Shown: positions 55,651-64,000 of the stretch, piece by piece
Layout: every line of letters begins with the position of its first letter
How positions within the stretch are numbered: position 1 is the first letter of the stretch
Source of the DNA: a virus
DNA: 64,000 bases
Virus record (IMG/VR): IMGVR_UViG_3300027734_000038
Reading direction: 5' to 3' (one strand)
The notes under the pieces: generated by a model
Database searches by the model: none
The model's input: only the letters and a program-made list of their open reading frames with translations
Told to the model about the DNA's origin: nothing
Made by a program: the position numbers and the translations under genes

Positions 55651-57426
55651 ATGGCCAATACTAATATTTTAATTAAACGCTCGACCACAACTGGCGTTCC
55701 CGTCAGTTTACAAGCTGGTGAGTTAGCGTATTCATACCTATCCAATACAATCTTTATTGGAACACCAGGTGGAAATGGTGTTGTTAACGTTGGAGGTCAA
55801 TATTATACTTCTCAAGTTGATGCAGCTACCAGTTCAAATACTGCTAGCACATTAGTCAAGCGTAATGCGAATGGTCAATTCTCTGGTCGGTTAGATGGTA
55901 TTGCTGGTAAAGCTGATGTAATTACCAATGCAAGAAACTTCTCTATTTCTGGTGGTGATATCACTGCCTCAGCACAAAGTTTTGATGGTTCGGCCGCTGT
56001 CACTTTAAGTGCTTCTCTTAATGCAGTACCTTCTCTCGGTGCTGGTACTTACGGTTCTCAAACACAGATTCCAATCATTCAAGTGGCGGCCAATGGTCGT
56101 GTAATGAATGTTACAACTTCAACCATTTCTACAACTCTCTCTACTGCTGCTGATTCTGGAACTGGTTCTGTTAATCTATTAAACGATACATTAAGATTTG
56201 TTGGTGCTGAAGGTATTACAACATCAGACTCTAGCAATACAGTCACATTTAATGTTGATGATACAGTTGTTCGTTCTAATGCCTTTACTGGTGGCACACA
56301 GACAATCAACACCAATTTAACGATTGGTTCAGGAAAAGATTTAACTGTTACGGGTAACTTAATCGTTACAGGTAACGTAGTATCAGAAAACGTTACGCAA
56401 TTTGCTATTCAAGATCCATTACTTGTTCTTGGTATTGGTAACTATTTTTCTGATACAAAAGATATTGGTTTCGCAGCACACTATAATGATGGTTCGAATG
56501 CTCACACCGGTTTGATTCGTGATTCTAATGCTAGTAAAGAATATTATTTCTTTGAAGGTTATATACCCGACCTTGATGCAAACAACAACGTAAATATTAC
56601 CGACCCATCATTTAGAAAATCAAATGTTCATGTTAACTACCTTAAAGGTAATGTAGTTGCAAACACAATATCAACCGATACAATCACCACAACAGGTAAT
56701 GTAACAATTGGTGGTAATTTAGTAGTTGCTCAAGACATTGTAATTGATGACCTACAAGTTGATGTAATTACTGCAAATACATTAACACTCACCAATGCTC
56801 TTACAGTACCAAATGGTGGTACAGGTAAAACATCATTCACTTCTGGTCAAATTATTATTGGTTCTGGTGTAAATGGTCTTACACAGATTGCTAACTCAAC
56901 TGTTGCTGTTGGTCAAACTTTTGGATCCGCATCTTCTGTTGCTGCATTTCAAACTGATGTATATGGTCGTGTAGTTTCTGTAACGAATACTGCAATCAGT
57001 ATCGATACATCACAGATTACTTCTGGTACATTACCTTATACTCGTGGTGGTACAGGTTCCACAACTTACACAACAGGTGGTTTGTTAATTGCTGGTCCTT
57101 CTGGATTTGCATCACTCGCAAATACAACTTATACATTAACTGGTGCTCTTGCTTCCAATAATACAATCACAAGTATTACTGTTGATGCATATGGAAGATT
57201 CACTGCTGCAACCGGTTCTGCAATTTCTGGTTTAACTGTAGGTCAAGGTGGTACAGGACTCTCAACGATTACACAAAACGGTATCACATATGGTAACGGA
57301 ACAGGAAATCTAGGTGTAACATCAGCTGCAGGTGGCGCAGACCAAACTTGGTCAAATCAAATACTGACAGTTACTAATGCTGGTGTGCCTGTATGGACAA
57401 CTGCTTTAGACGGAGGCCAGTTCTAA
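55651..57426 (+). CDS. tail fibre protein
   Basis: IKRS...SLQAGELAYS N-terminus, V.NGGTG repeats, VDAYGR; ends LDGGQF; AATAAATA at 55607. Confidence 0.8.
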   Translation: MANTNILIKRSTTTGVPVSLQAGELAYSYLSNTIFIGTPGGNGVVNVGGQYYTSQVDAATSSNTASTLVKRNANGQFSGRLDGIAGKADVITNARNFSISGGDITASAQSFDGSAAVTLSASLNAVPSLGAGTYGSQTQIPIIQVAANGRVMNVTTSTISTTLSTAADSGTGSVNLLNDTLRFVGAEGITTSDSSNTVTFNVDDTVVRSNAFTGGTQTINTNLTIGSGKDLTVTGNLIVTGNVVSENVTQFAIQDPLLVLGIGNYFSDTKDIGFAAHYNDGSNAHTGLIRDSNASKEYYFFEGYIPDLDANNNVNITDPSFRKSNVHVNYLKGNVVANTISTDTITTTGNVTIGGNLVVAQDIVIDDLQVDVITANTLTLTNALTVPNGGTGKTSFTSGQIIIGSGVNGLTQIANSTVAVGQTFGSASSVAAFQTDVYGRVVSVTNTAISIDTSQITSGTLPYTRGGTGSTTYTTGGLLIAGPSGFASLANTTYTLTGALASNNTITSITVDAYGRFTAATGSAISGLTVGQGGTGLSTITQNGITYGNGTGNLGVTSAAGGADQTWSNQILTVTNAGVPVWTTALDGGQF

Positions 57427-57463
57427 ATAGTAACTATATAATTTTTTATGATAGGAGTTTGAG

Positions 57464-57985
57464 ATGGATAACCAAAAGTATTTGAATTATTATGTTGAAA
57501 TAATGACTGGCACAATGACTGATGCCGTGATTAGAAATATTTCATTACAGGCTAATGCAAGAGTTACTGAAGAAGTAATTGATGAACAATCAAAAACAAT
57601 TGAGAAATTAAAAAATGATTTGGAAAATGTTAATTCTGGTAAAGACGGTACAATTAAAGGTCATTTAGATACTATTAATAGTTTAAATAATCAGCTGTCT
57701 GAACTAAACAAAATGAAAGGTGATTACGAAACTGTCAAACATCAAGTTGACCATGTAAATACTTTTAGAAGTGAATTGGTTAAAGAACGAGCAGAGCATT
57801 TAAAAACTCGTAAAGAATATGAAAACACTATTAAAGGATTGAATGAACAAATTGAATACTTGCAATTAACTCCTGCCAAGCGTAAAAAGATTGACGAAGA
57901 AAAAAATAAAGTGGTAGAAGTAATAGAACAATCTTCTGTTTTACCTATCATAGATGACCTAACAAAAGATGGCGGAAGTTTTTAA
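57464..57985 (+). CDS. coiled-coil protein
   Basis: heptad-rich; AGGAG SD; ends KDGGSF. Confidence 0.75.
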   Translation: MDNQKYLNYYVEIMTGTMTDAVIRNISLQANARVTEEVIDEQSKTIEKLKNDLENVNSGKDGTIKGHLDTINSLNNQLSELNKMKGDYETVKHQVDHVNTFRSELVKERAEHLKTRKEYENTIKGLNEQIEYLQLTPAKRKKIDEEKNKVVEVIEQSSVLPIIDDLTKDGGSF

Positions 57986-57989
57986 ATAG

Positions 57990-59024
57990 ATGGCAAATAC
58001 AACTTTACAGTTAAAAAAATCAGGCGCAACAGGTAATGTACCATCATCACTATCATATGGTGAGTTGGCGTTAAACTACGCTGATGGAAAACTGTATTAT
58101 AAGGCCGCTAATGGCACCATCACTTATATTCAAAGTGGTACATCAACAGATTCGTTTGCAACAATCAATGCAAACAGTTCTTTAATTCTTGCTACATCAC
58201 CTACTGATACACTTTCGATACGTCCTGGTAATAATATTACCATATCGACAGATACAGTTGGTAAATCAATTACAATTAATTCTACTGCTACTGGTGGTAG
58301 TGGTGATGGTACCGACCAGTTTGCTCGCAATACAGCTAACGCAGCCTTCAATCAAGCCAATGCGGCGATTGACTTAGCACAGTCTGCTTATAATTATGCA
58401 AATACAATTCCAGGTGGTGGCGGTGGTACATTAACAGTTTCAAATGATACTACATCTAACACAGCAAGATTTATTAACTTCACAAGTAATACTTCTGGTG
58501 CAATCAGCACCATTAATACTTCTAGTAATAATTTAACTTATGTTCCAGAAACAGGAACATTAAAAACTTTAGCATTAAATGTAACAGCCAATACCAATAT
58601 CTCAGCGAATAGTGCAACTGTGGTTGGTACCAGTCAACAAGTCTTGGATAGTTTTTCCACAGAACTGTATCGTGGTGCGTTCTATCAGATTCAGATGGAA
58701 ACACCAGGTGGTTTTCAAGTTTTAAATATTAGTATTGTTAACTCCGAAAGTAGTGCTCAAGTTACTACCTTTGGTGATGCATATAATGCCTCAGTTTTGG
58801 CAACTTTTGATGCAAGTGTTTCGGGTGGTTTAGTTCAACTCAAAATTACTCCAACACAATCATCTACAACAGTATCATATTTAAGACACGCATTAGTCAA
58901 ACTAACGGCAGGTATTCCTACTGGTGACATGGGTTTCGTTGCGGATCCAACCACAGCAACCTTTGATGCCGGATTTGACTTAGATGCAACCACTTCTACT
59001 TACGATTACGGTTTTGTGAGCTGA
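57990..59024 (+). CDS. tail fibre protein
   Basis: QLKKS...SLSYGELALNYADGKLYY N-terminus. Confidence 0.75.
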   Translation: MANTTLQLKKSGATGNVPSSLSYGELALNYADGKLYYKAANGTITYIQSGTSTDSFATINANSSLILATSPTDTLSIRPGNNITISTDTVGKSITINSTATGGSGDGTDQFARNTANAAFNQANAAIDLAQSAYNYANTIPGGGGGTLTVSNDTTSNTARFINFTSNTSGAISTINTSSNNLTYVPETGTLKTLALNVTANTNISANSATVVGTSQQVLDSFSTELYRGAFYQIQMETPGGFQVLNISIVNSESSAQVTTFGDAYNASVLATFDASVSGGLVQLKITPTQSSTTVSYLRHALVKLTAGIPTGDMGFVADPTTATFDAGFDLDATTSTYDYGFVS

Positions 59025-59064
59025 TAAATACAAGATAATACAGATATTTTAGGATATAATAAAG

Positions 59065-60612
59065 ATGGCCACACAATTACAACTGAGAAAAGGTAATACC
59101 GCACAGACCGCAGTCTTTACAGGTGCAGTCGCTGAGGTTACTGTTGATACTGACCAAGATACCGTTGTTGTCCATGACGGCACAACTGTTGGCGGTAACT
59201 ATATTGTTACTAAAACACAATTACAAAGTAACGTATCGATACTACAAGGTATCAACACTACACAAAATACCAATATTACAGCTGTCAACGGATATGCCGC
59301 TGGTGCTTTCAATGCAGCCAATGGTGCCAATGGTTTAGCTGCCGGTGCTTTTGCAGCTGCCAATACCAACGCCACAAATATTACAATCATTCAAGGTGTA
59401 AACACCACACAAAATACCAACATTACCGCAGTAAACAACTATGCTGTTTCTGCATACAATCAAGCTAACACCAATGCAACCAACATTACAGCAGTAAATG
59501 GTTTTGCTCAGTCAGCATTTAATACTGCCAATGGTGCGAATGGTTTGGCTGCAGGTGCTTTTAATCAGGCAAACTCGGCATATTCTTATACTACACAAGT
59601 AGAAGCTATTGCACAAAATGGATGGAACAAAGCTAATGCTGCTTTTAATTCGTCCAATGCAGTAAATGGTTTTGCCGTATCGGCCTACAATCAGGCAAAC
59701 GCATCTACTCTTTTAGCACAATCAGCCTACGACACAGCCAATCTAAAGTTCAATACTTCTGGTGGTAATATTAATGGTTCAGTTACTATTACAGCTAATA
59801 ATAATTTAACTGTTACTGGTAACTTATATGTTCTAGGAAATACAACATCATTTTCTACACAAACATTTGATGTAGTTGACCCAATGATTCTGTTGGCAAC
59901 AGGAAACTATACAACTGATACATTAGACATTGGTTTTGCAGGACATTATAATAATGGTTCCAATGCTCATACAGGTTTGTTCCGAGATGCAGCAGGCACT
60001 AAAGAGTGGTACCTATTTGAAGGTTATACTCCTGAAGTTACTGGTAATAACAACATTAATGTTGCTGACAGTTCATTTAGAACATCCAATGTAAATGTTA
60101 ATTATGTAAAAGGTAATCTAATTGCTACAACAGCAATTGTTGGTGACCGTAATATACTAAATTATACACAGTCAGCTTTTGATACTGCCAACACGGCCAA
60201 TACAAGAGCATATGCTTCTGTTGCCAAGTCTGGCGATACAATGACTGGTGCATTGACTGGTGTAACAACACTTGGTACAACTACAATTAGTTTATCTCAT
60301 GTAGATGCCACAAGTAATACATTATTAACATCATCTACATCACAAGTTTCTGTTGATGCATGGCCAACAGCCACATATCGTTCTGCCAAATACTTTGTTC
60401 AAATTTCTTCTGGTACTGATTTTCATATTATTGAATTAAATCTACTTCACAATGGTACTACAGTATTCTTGGCACAATATGGTGAAGTATTAACTAGTTC
60501 TTCTTTAGGAACATTTGATGCTGATATTTCTGGTTCAACAGTTCGTCTATTGTTTACTGGTGTAAATGCAGTATCAACAGTCAAACTTTTAAGAACTGTG
60601 GTGGATGCATAA
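59065..60612 (+). CDS. tail fibre protein with Mtd-like N-terminal domain
   Basis: QLQLRKGNTAQ..VFTGAVAEVTVDTD..TVVVHDGTTVGG; GATAAATA at 59023. Confidence 0.8.
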   Translation: MATQLQLRKGNTAQTAVFTGAVAEVTVDTDQDTVVVHDGTTVGGNYIVTKTQLQSNVSILQGINTTQNTNITAVNGYAAGAFNAANGANGLAAGAFAAANTNATNITIIQGVNTTQNTNITAVNNYAVSAYNQANTNATNITAVNGFAQSAFNTANGANGLAAGAFNQANSAYSYTTQVEAIAQNGWNKANAAFNSSNAVNGFAVSAYNQANASTLLAQSAYDTANLKFNTSGGNINGSVTITANNNLTVTGNLYVLGNTTSFSTQTFDVVDPMILLATGNYTTDTLDIGFAGHYNNGSNAHTGLFRDAAGTKEWYLFEGYTPEVTGNNNINVADSSFRTSNVNVNYVKGNLIATTAIVGDRNILNYTQSAFDTANTANTRAYASVAKSGDTMTGALTGVTTLGTTTISLSHVDATSNTLLTSSTSQVSVDAWPTATYRSAKYFVQISSGTDFHIIELNLLHNGTTVFLAQYGEVLTSSSLGTFDADISGSTVRLLFTGVNAVSTVKLLRTVVDA

Positions 60613-60618
60613 TAAATA
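60611..60618 (+). promoter_or_regulatory. late promoter-like site
   Basis: AATAAATA upstream of oxygenase/glycosyltransferase pair. Confidence 0.55.
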
Positions 60619-60647
60619 GTTTTATCATGTAAAAAAGTGAGGTTGTT

Positions 60648-61223
60648 ATGAGAGGTGAATGGTGTTATTTTGGGAAGTATTTTACTCCCGAGCAGTGCAG
60701 TAGAATATTAGAAAATGGATTAAAAATACCGGCACAAGACGCCAAGTTAGGCGTTGCCGGTATGAATGATTATAGTAATGATTCGTTCCGCAAATCCAAA
60801 ATCCGTTTTATTCAATCTGATAACCCCGATTTTAAGTGGCTCTTTGATGAGTTATTAAAAATGGGTATGCAGGCCAATAAAGATTGGTTCAATTTTCATA
60901 TTACCAATCTATCATATATTCAATTAGCCGAATACGATGAATCATATCAAGGTGAATACAAGAAACACCATGATGTGTTTTGGGTAAACAATGATAGTTA
61001 CCATCGTAAACTTACCTGTGTAATTCAACTTACAGACCCATCAGAGTATGAGGGTGGTGACCTAGAGTTGTTTGAACTATCTGAATATCCAAACAAAGAC
61101 GAACTACGCCAGCAAGGCACAGCAATCTTCTTCCCGTCTTTTATTCCACATCAAGCACATCCAGTAACAAAAGGTAAACGATATAGTATTGCAGTATGGT
61201 TTGAAGGAGATAAGTGGAAATGA
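60648..61223 (+). CDS. 2OG-Fe(II) oxygenase, prolyl-4-hydroxylase/PKHD-like
   Basis: HHD (HxD), RKLTCVIQL, YEGGDL, FPSFIPHQAHPVTKGKRYS. Confidence 0.88.
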   Translation: MRGEWCYFGKYFTPEQCSRILENGLKIPAQDAKLGVAGMNDYSNDSFRKSKIRFIQSDNPDFKWLFDELLKMGMQANKDWFNFHITNLSYIQLAEYDESYQGEYKKHHDVFWVNNDSYHRKLTCVIQLTDPSEYEGGDLELFELSEYPNKDELRQQGTAIFFPSFIPHQAHPVTKGKRYSIAVWFEGDKWK

Positions 61224-62356
61224 GATTTCATATTTTAGGATTACCCCATACTGTATCATCAAAAGAATATAATGCGTGTGCATATACTCAGAAAGTGGTT
61301 AAATTTGGTAAGATGATGACTGAAAGAGGTCATGAAGTGATTCATTATGGCCATGAAGAATCGGACTTACCATGCACAGAACACGTTACTGTATTGTCTA
61401 CTGAAGATTGGAAGAAAACATATGGTGACCATGACTGGCGTAAACACTTCTTTAAGTTTGACACCAACGACCATGCATATCAAACTTTCTATCGTAATGC
61501 TATTGAAGAAGTAGGTAAACGCAAACAAAAGAATGACTTTATTCTTCCGTTTTGGGGTTCAGGTACTCGACCAGTCTGTGATGCACATCCAGATTTAATC
61601 TGTGTAGAACCAGGAATTGGTTATGCAGGTGGCCATTGGGCACGATTTAAAATCTTTGAATCTTATGCCATCTATCACGCATACTATGGACTAGATTCAG
61701 TAGGTACTTGTAAGCAAGACTGGTACGATGCAGTTATTCCAAACTACTTTGACCCCGAAGATTTTGTATATACACCAGAGGAGAAAGAAGATTACTTTCT
61801 ATTTCTAGGTCGTGTATATGAGGGTAAAGGAGTTAATATTGCGGTACAGGCAACTGAAGCCATTGGTGCCAAGTTAATTATTGCCGGACAGAACTCACTC
61901 AAAGATATGGGTTACAAAGAAGTACCATCTCATGTTACTGAAATTGGTTATGCGGATGTGGAAACTAGAAAGAAGTTGATGTCCAAAGCCAAAGGTGCAT
62001 TTGTGGCATCGTTATACACCGAACCTTTTGGAGGCGTTCAGGTCGAGTGCCTTTTCTCAGGTACGCCTACGATAACAACTGATTGGGGTTCGTTCACGGA
62101 GAACAATATCCATGGTGTTACGGGGTATAGGTGCAAGACCTTTGAACAGTTTACTTGGGCAGCTAAGAATATTGACAACATTAAACCACAAGCCTGTAGG
62201 GACTTCGCACTAAATAACTTTAGTCTGGATGTGGTAGCACAGAAATATGAAGAATATTTTCAGTCAGTATTAAATGTTTATAATGGTGATGGATGGTATG
62301 AAAAGAATGATAACCGGACCGAATTGGACTGGTTAACCAAATATTATCCTGCCTAA
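61220..62356 (+). CDS. glycosyltransferase, GT-B/GT4-like
   Basis: FLGRV...KG, IAGQ, EPFGGVQVE...SGTP.ITTDWG, GVTGY. Confidence 0.88.
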   Translation: MRFHILGLPHTVSSKEYNACAYTQKVVKFGKMMTERGHEVIHYGHEESDLPCTEHVTVLSTEDWKKTYGDHDWRKHFFKFDTNDHAYQTFYRNAIEEVGKRKQKNDFILPFWGSGTRPVCDAHPDLICVEPGIGYAGGHWARFKIFESYAIYHAYYGLDSVGTCKQDWYDAVIPNYFDPEDFVYTPEEKEDYFLFLGRVYEGKGVNIAVQATEAIGAKLIIAGQNSLKDMGYKEVPSHVTEIGYADVETRKKLMSKAKGAFVASLYTEPFGGVQVECLFSGTPTITTDWGSFTENNIHGVTGYRCKTFEQFTWAAKNIDNIKPQACRDFALNNFSLDVVAQKYEEYFQSVLNVYNGDGWYEKNDNRTELDWLTKYYPA

Positions 62357-62393
62357 ATATAATATAAACCAACCTTGGGGAAAGTGAACCGAA

Positions 62394-63533
62394 TTGGCAA
62401 CCAGCTCAAACTTTGTCGTTAAAAATGGCCTATCCGTAGGCGCAAATGCCGTTATTGCAGCTAACGGTGCGTGGATTGGTGCCAACACAAACCTCATCGG
62501 TGCAACTGGTCCTACAGGTGCCACAGGTCCACAAGGTGCAACTGGTTTTGGTGCTACTGGTGCTACAGGTATTATTGCACCTTGGATTTATATCACATCT
62601 ACAACCTCTGCGGTTGCAAATACTCAATATATCGCCAATACTGTTGGTGGTTCTTTCACTCTCACACTTCCATCTACACCAGTTTTAGGTACAACCATTG
62701 TTGTTACTGATGGTGGAAATTGGGGTAATAATAATCTCACAATCGGTCGTAACGGAAAAACAATTGAAGGTGATGCTTCTGATTTAATCTGTGATGTAGG
62801 TCAGACAACTATTCAGTTAATCTATGATAACATTACATGGCAGACAACTGCAACTATTGGTTCAAAAGGTGCTACTGGTATTACTGGTGCAACTGGTGTG
62901 CCGGCTGCATGGGCATATATCACAGCTAATACAAATGCTGGTGCCAACTCTCAATACATTGCTAATACAACAGGCGGTGCGTTTACATTAACACTACCTG
63001 CAACACCAGTAATTGGCACAACAGTAACAATTACCGATGGTGGTGATTGGGGTGTAAACAATTTAACTATTGCAAGAAATGGTTCTACAATTGAAGGTGT
63101 TGCTGATAATGTGGCGTTGAATCTTCCGTCAACATTAGTATACTTCATATATACTGGTACAACTTGGCAAGTAGTTACGACTGCTGGTTCACAAGGTGCC
63201 ACAGGCGTTACTGGTCCAACAGGACCTTCAGGCACAAATGGTGCCACAGGTTTAACCGGACCAACCGGTCCTACAGGTCCTACCGGTCCAACAGGACCTA
63301 CAGGTGCTACAGGTGCAGGCGCAACAGGTGCCACAGGTCCTGCCGGTCCATCAACAGTATCTTCAGGTGTAATTACTCTTTCAAGTTCTACACCATTTGT
63401 TTTAAATGCCAACACAATTACGGCAGATTACACAATTCCTGGTGGTTACAATGCCTTCAATGCTGGTCCAATGACTATTGCTACTGGTGTGAATGTAACG
63501 ATTGCTACTGATGCTAATTGGGTAATCATTTAA
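62394..63533 (+). CDS. collagen-repeat tail fibre protein (TTG start)
   Basis: NFVVKNGL N-terminus; G-P-T/G-A-T triplets; two copies of ANTxGGxFTLTLP module; CCTAAATA at 62352. Confidence 0.8.
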   Translation: MATSSNFVVKNGLSVGANAVIAANGAWIGANTNLIGATGPTGATGPQGATGFGATGATGIIAPWIYITSTTSAVANTQYIANTVGGSFTLTLPSTPVLGTTIVVTDGGNWGNNNLTIGRNGKTIEGDASDLICDVGQTTIQLIYDNITWQTTATIGSKGATGITGATGVPAAWAYITANTNAGANSQYIANTTGGAFTLTLPATPVIGTTVTITDGGDWGVNNLTIARNGSTIEGVADNVALNLPSTLVYFIYTGTTWQVVTTAGSQGATGVTGPTGPSGTNGATGLTGPTGPTGPTGPTGPTGATGAGATGATGPAGPSTVSSGVITLSSSTPFVLNANTITADYTIPGGYNAFNAGPMTIATGVNVTIATDANWVII

Positions 63534-63542
63534 GGATAAAAT

Positions 63543-63923
63543 ATGGCCGGCACATTAACATTAGACACATTAAAAACAAGCTCAGGAGTTCTTGCAACTC
63601 AGAATGGCATGACTGGTATTGCTAAGGCATGGGTAAATTTTTCTGTTGCAGGATCGGCTTGTTCTGTAGTTTCTTCCTTTAATGTTTCTTCTGTTACATA
63701 CAATTCAGCTGGAAATTTTACTATTAATATGACAACTGCAATGCCAAATGCAAATTATACAGCAATAATAGGATCAGTAAATACTTTTGGAAGTGGTGTT
63801 TATTACGGAACTGGTGTTTTTGGAACCAATACTACAAGTAGTTTTAGTATGAGGATGGTTGGTGGTAATGGCAGTTATATTGATGGATTAAATAACGGTT
63901 ATGCAGCAGTGTTCAGTTCATAA
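63543..63923 (+). CDS. small fibre-associated beta-sandwich protein
   Basis: AKAWVNF, SFNVSSVT, GNFTINMTTAMPNANY. Confidence 0.7.
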   Translation: MAGTLTLDTLKTSSGVLATQNGMTGIAKAWVNFSVAGSACSVVSSFNVSSVTYNSAGNFTINMTTAMPNANYTAIIGSVNTFGSGVYYGTGVFGTNTTSSFSMRMVGGNGSYIDGLNNGYAAVFSS

Positions 63924-63932
63924 GGATAAACA

Positions 63933-64000
63933 ATGGCAGGCACACTAACTCTCTCAACATTATCTGATGGTACAAATAGTACCTCAGCAACTAATGCCAT
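63933..64000 (+). CDS. partial CDS, probable paralog of upstream gene (truncated by window end)
   Basis: same TAAGGATAAA leader and MAGTLTL start. Confidence 0.55.
   Translation, partial: MAGTLTLSTLSDGTNSTSATNA

Noticed and set aside
59065-60612. Diversity-generating retroelement target (Mtd-like)
   Set aside because: Only the N-terminal Mtd-like domain is present. No reverse transcriptase or TR/VR pair was seen in the window.
62430-63511. Cys/Arg-rich and GPV-repeat alternative-frame ORFs over the collagen gene
   Set aside because: These are shadow frames of GGT-NCN-ACN collagen codons, with no SD or independent support.

Overview
A 64-kb, AT-rich segment of a large T4-like (myovirus) phage genome. 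The gene content resembles uncultured aquatic T4-like phages, but the host cannot be determined from this window. Positions 1-15.9 kb are an early/accessory region of small ORFs. It is driven by a repeated sigma70-type promoter (TTGnnn-16 bp-TATAATGG) that is preceded five times by a palindromic GTTG-N8-CAAC box. Positions 15.9-21.9 kb hold an unusual, tightly coupled cluster behind a perfect T4 late promoter (TATAAATA). It comprises a 132-aa protein with 20 Cys in its last 74 residues, a radical SAM/SPASM enzyme, an unknown protein, two paralogous 2OG-Fe(II)-type oxygenases (a third lies just upstream), a shortened flavin-dependent tryptophan-halogenase-family enzyme and a SAM methyltransferase. 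This looks like a phage-encoded RiPP-like post-translational modification system, possibly acting on a virion-displayed fibre-tip protein, and is the best candidate for a new system. Positions 21.9-26.4 kb are replication/late-transcription genes (exonuclease, gp33, a DUF4338-like insert, gp59, HAD nucleotidase, gp32). Positions 26.4-64 kb are tail/baseplate genes (gp26/gp51 with an apparent -1 frameshift, tube-like protein, gp2, gp4, gp48, gp53, split gp5, gp25, gp6, gp7, gp8, DUF4815-like giant protein). They end in a modular tail-fibre array with an embedded prolyl-hydroxylase-like oxygenase and glycosyltransferase next to a collagen-like fibre. No tRNA, rRNA or CRISPR array was seen. All family assignments are from motif recognition by eye, not database searches.
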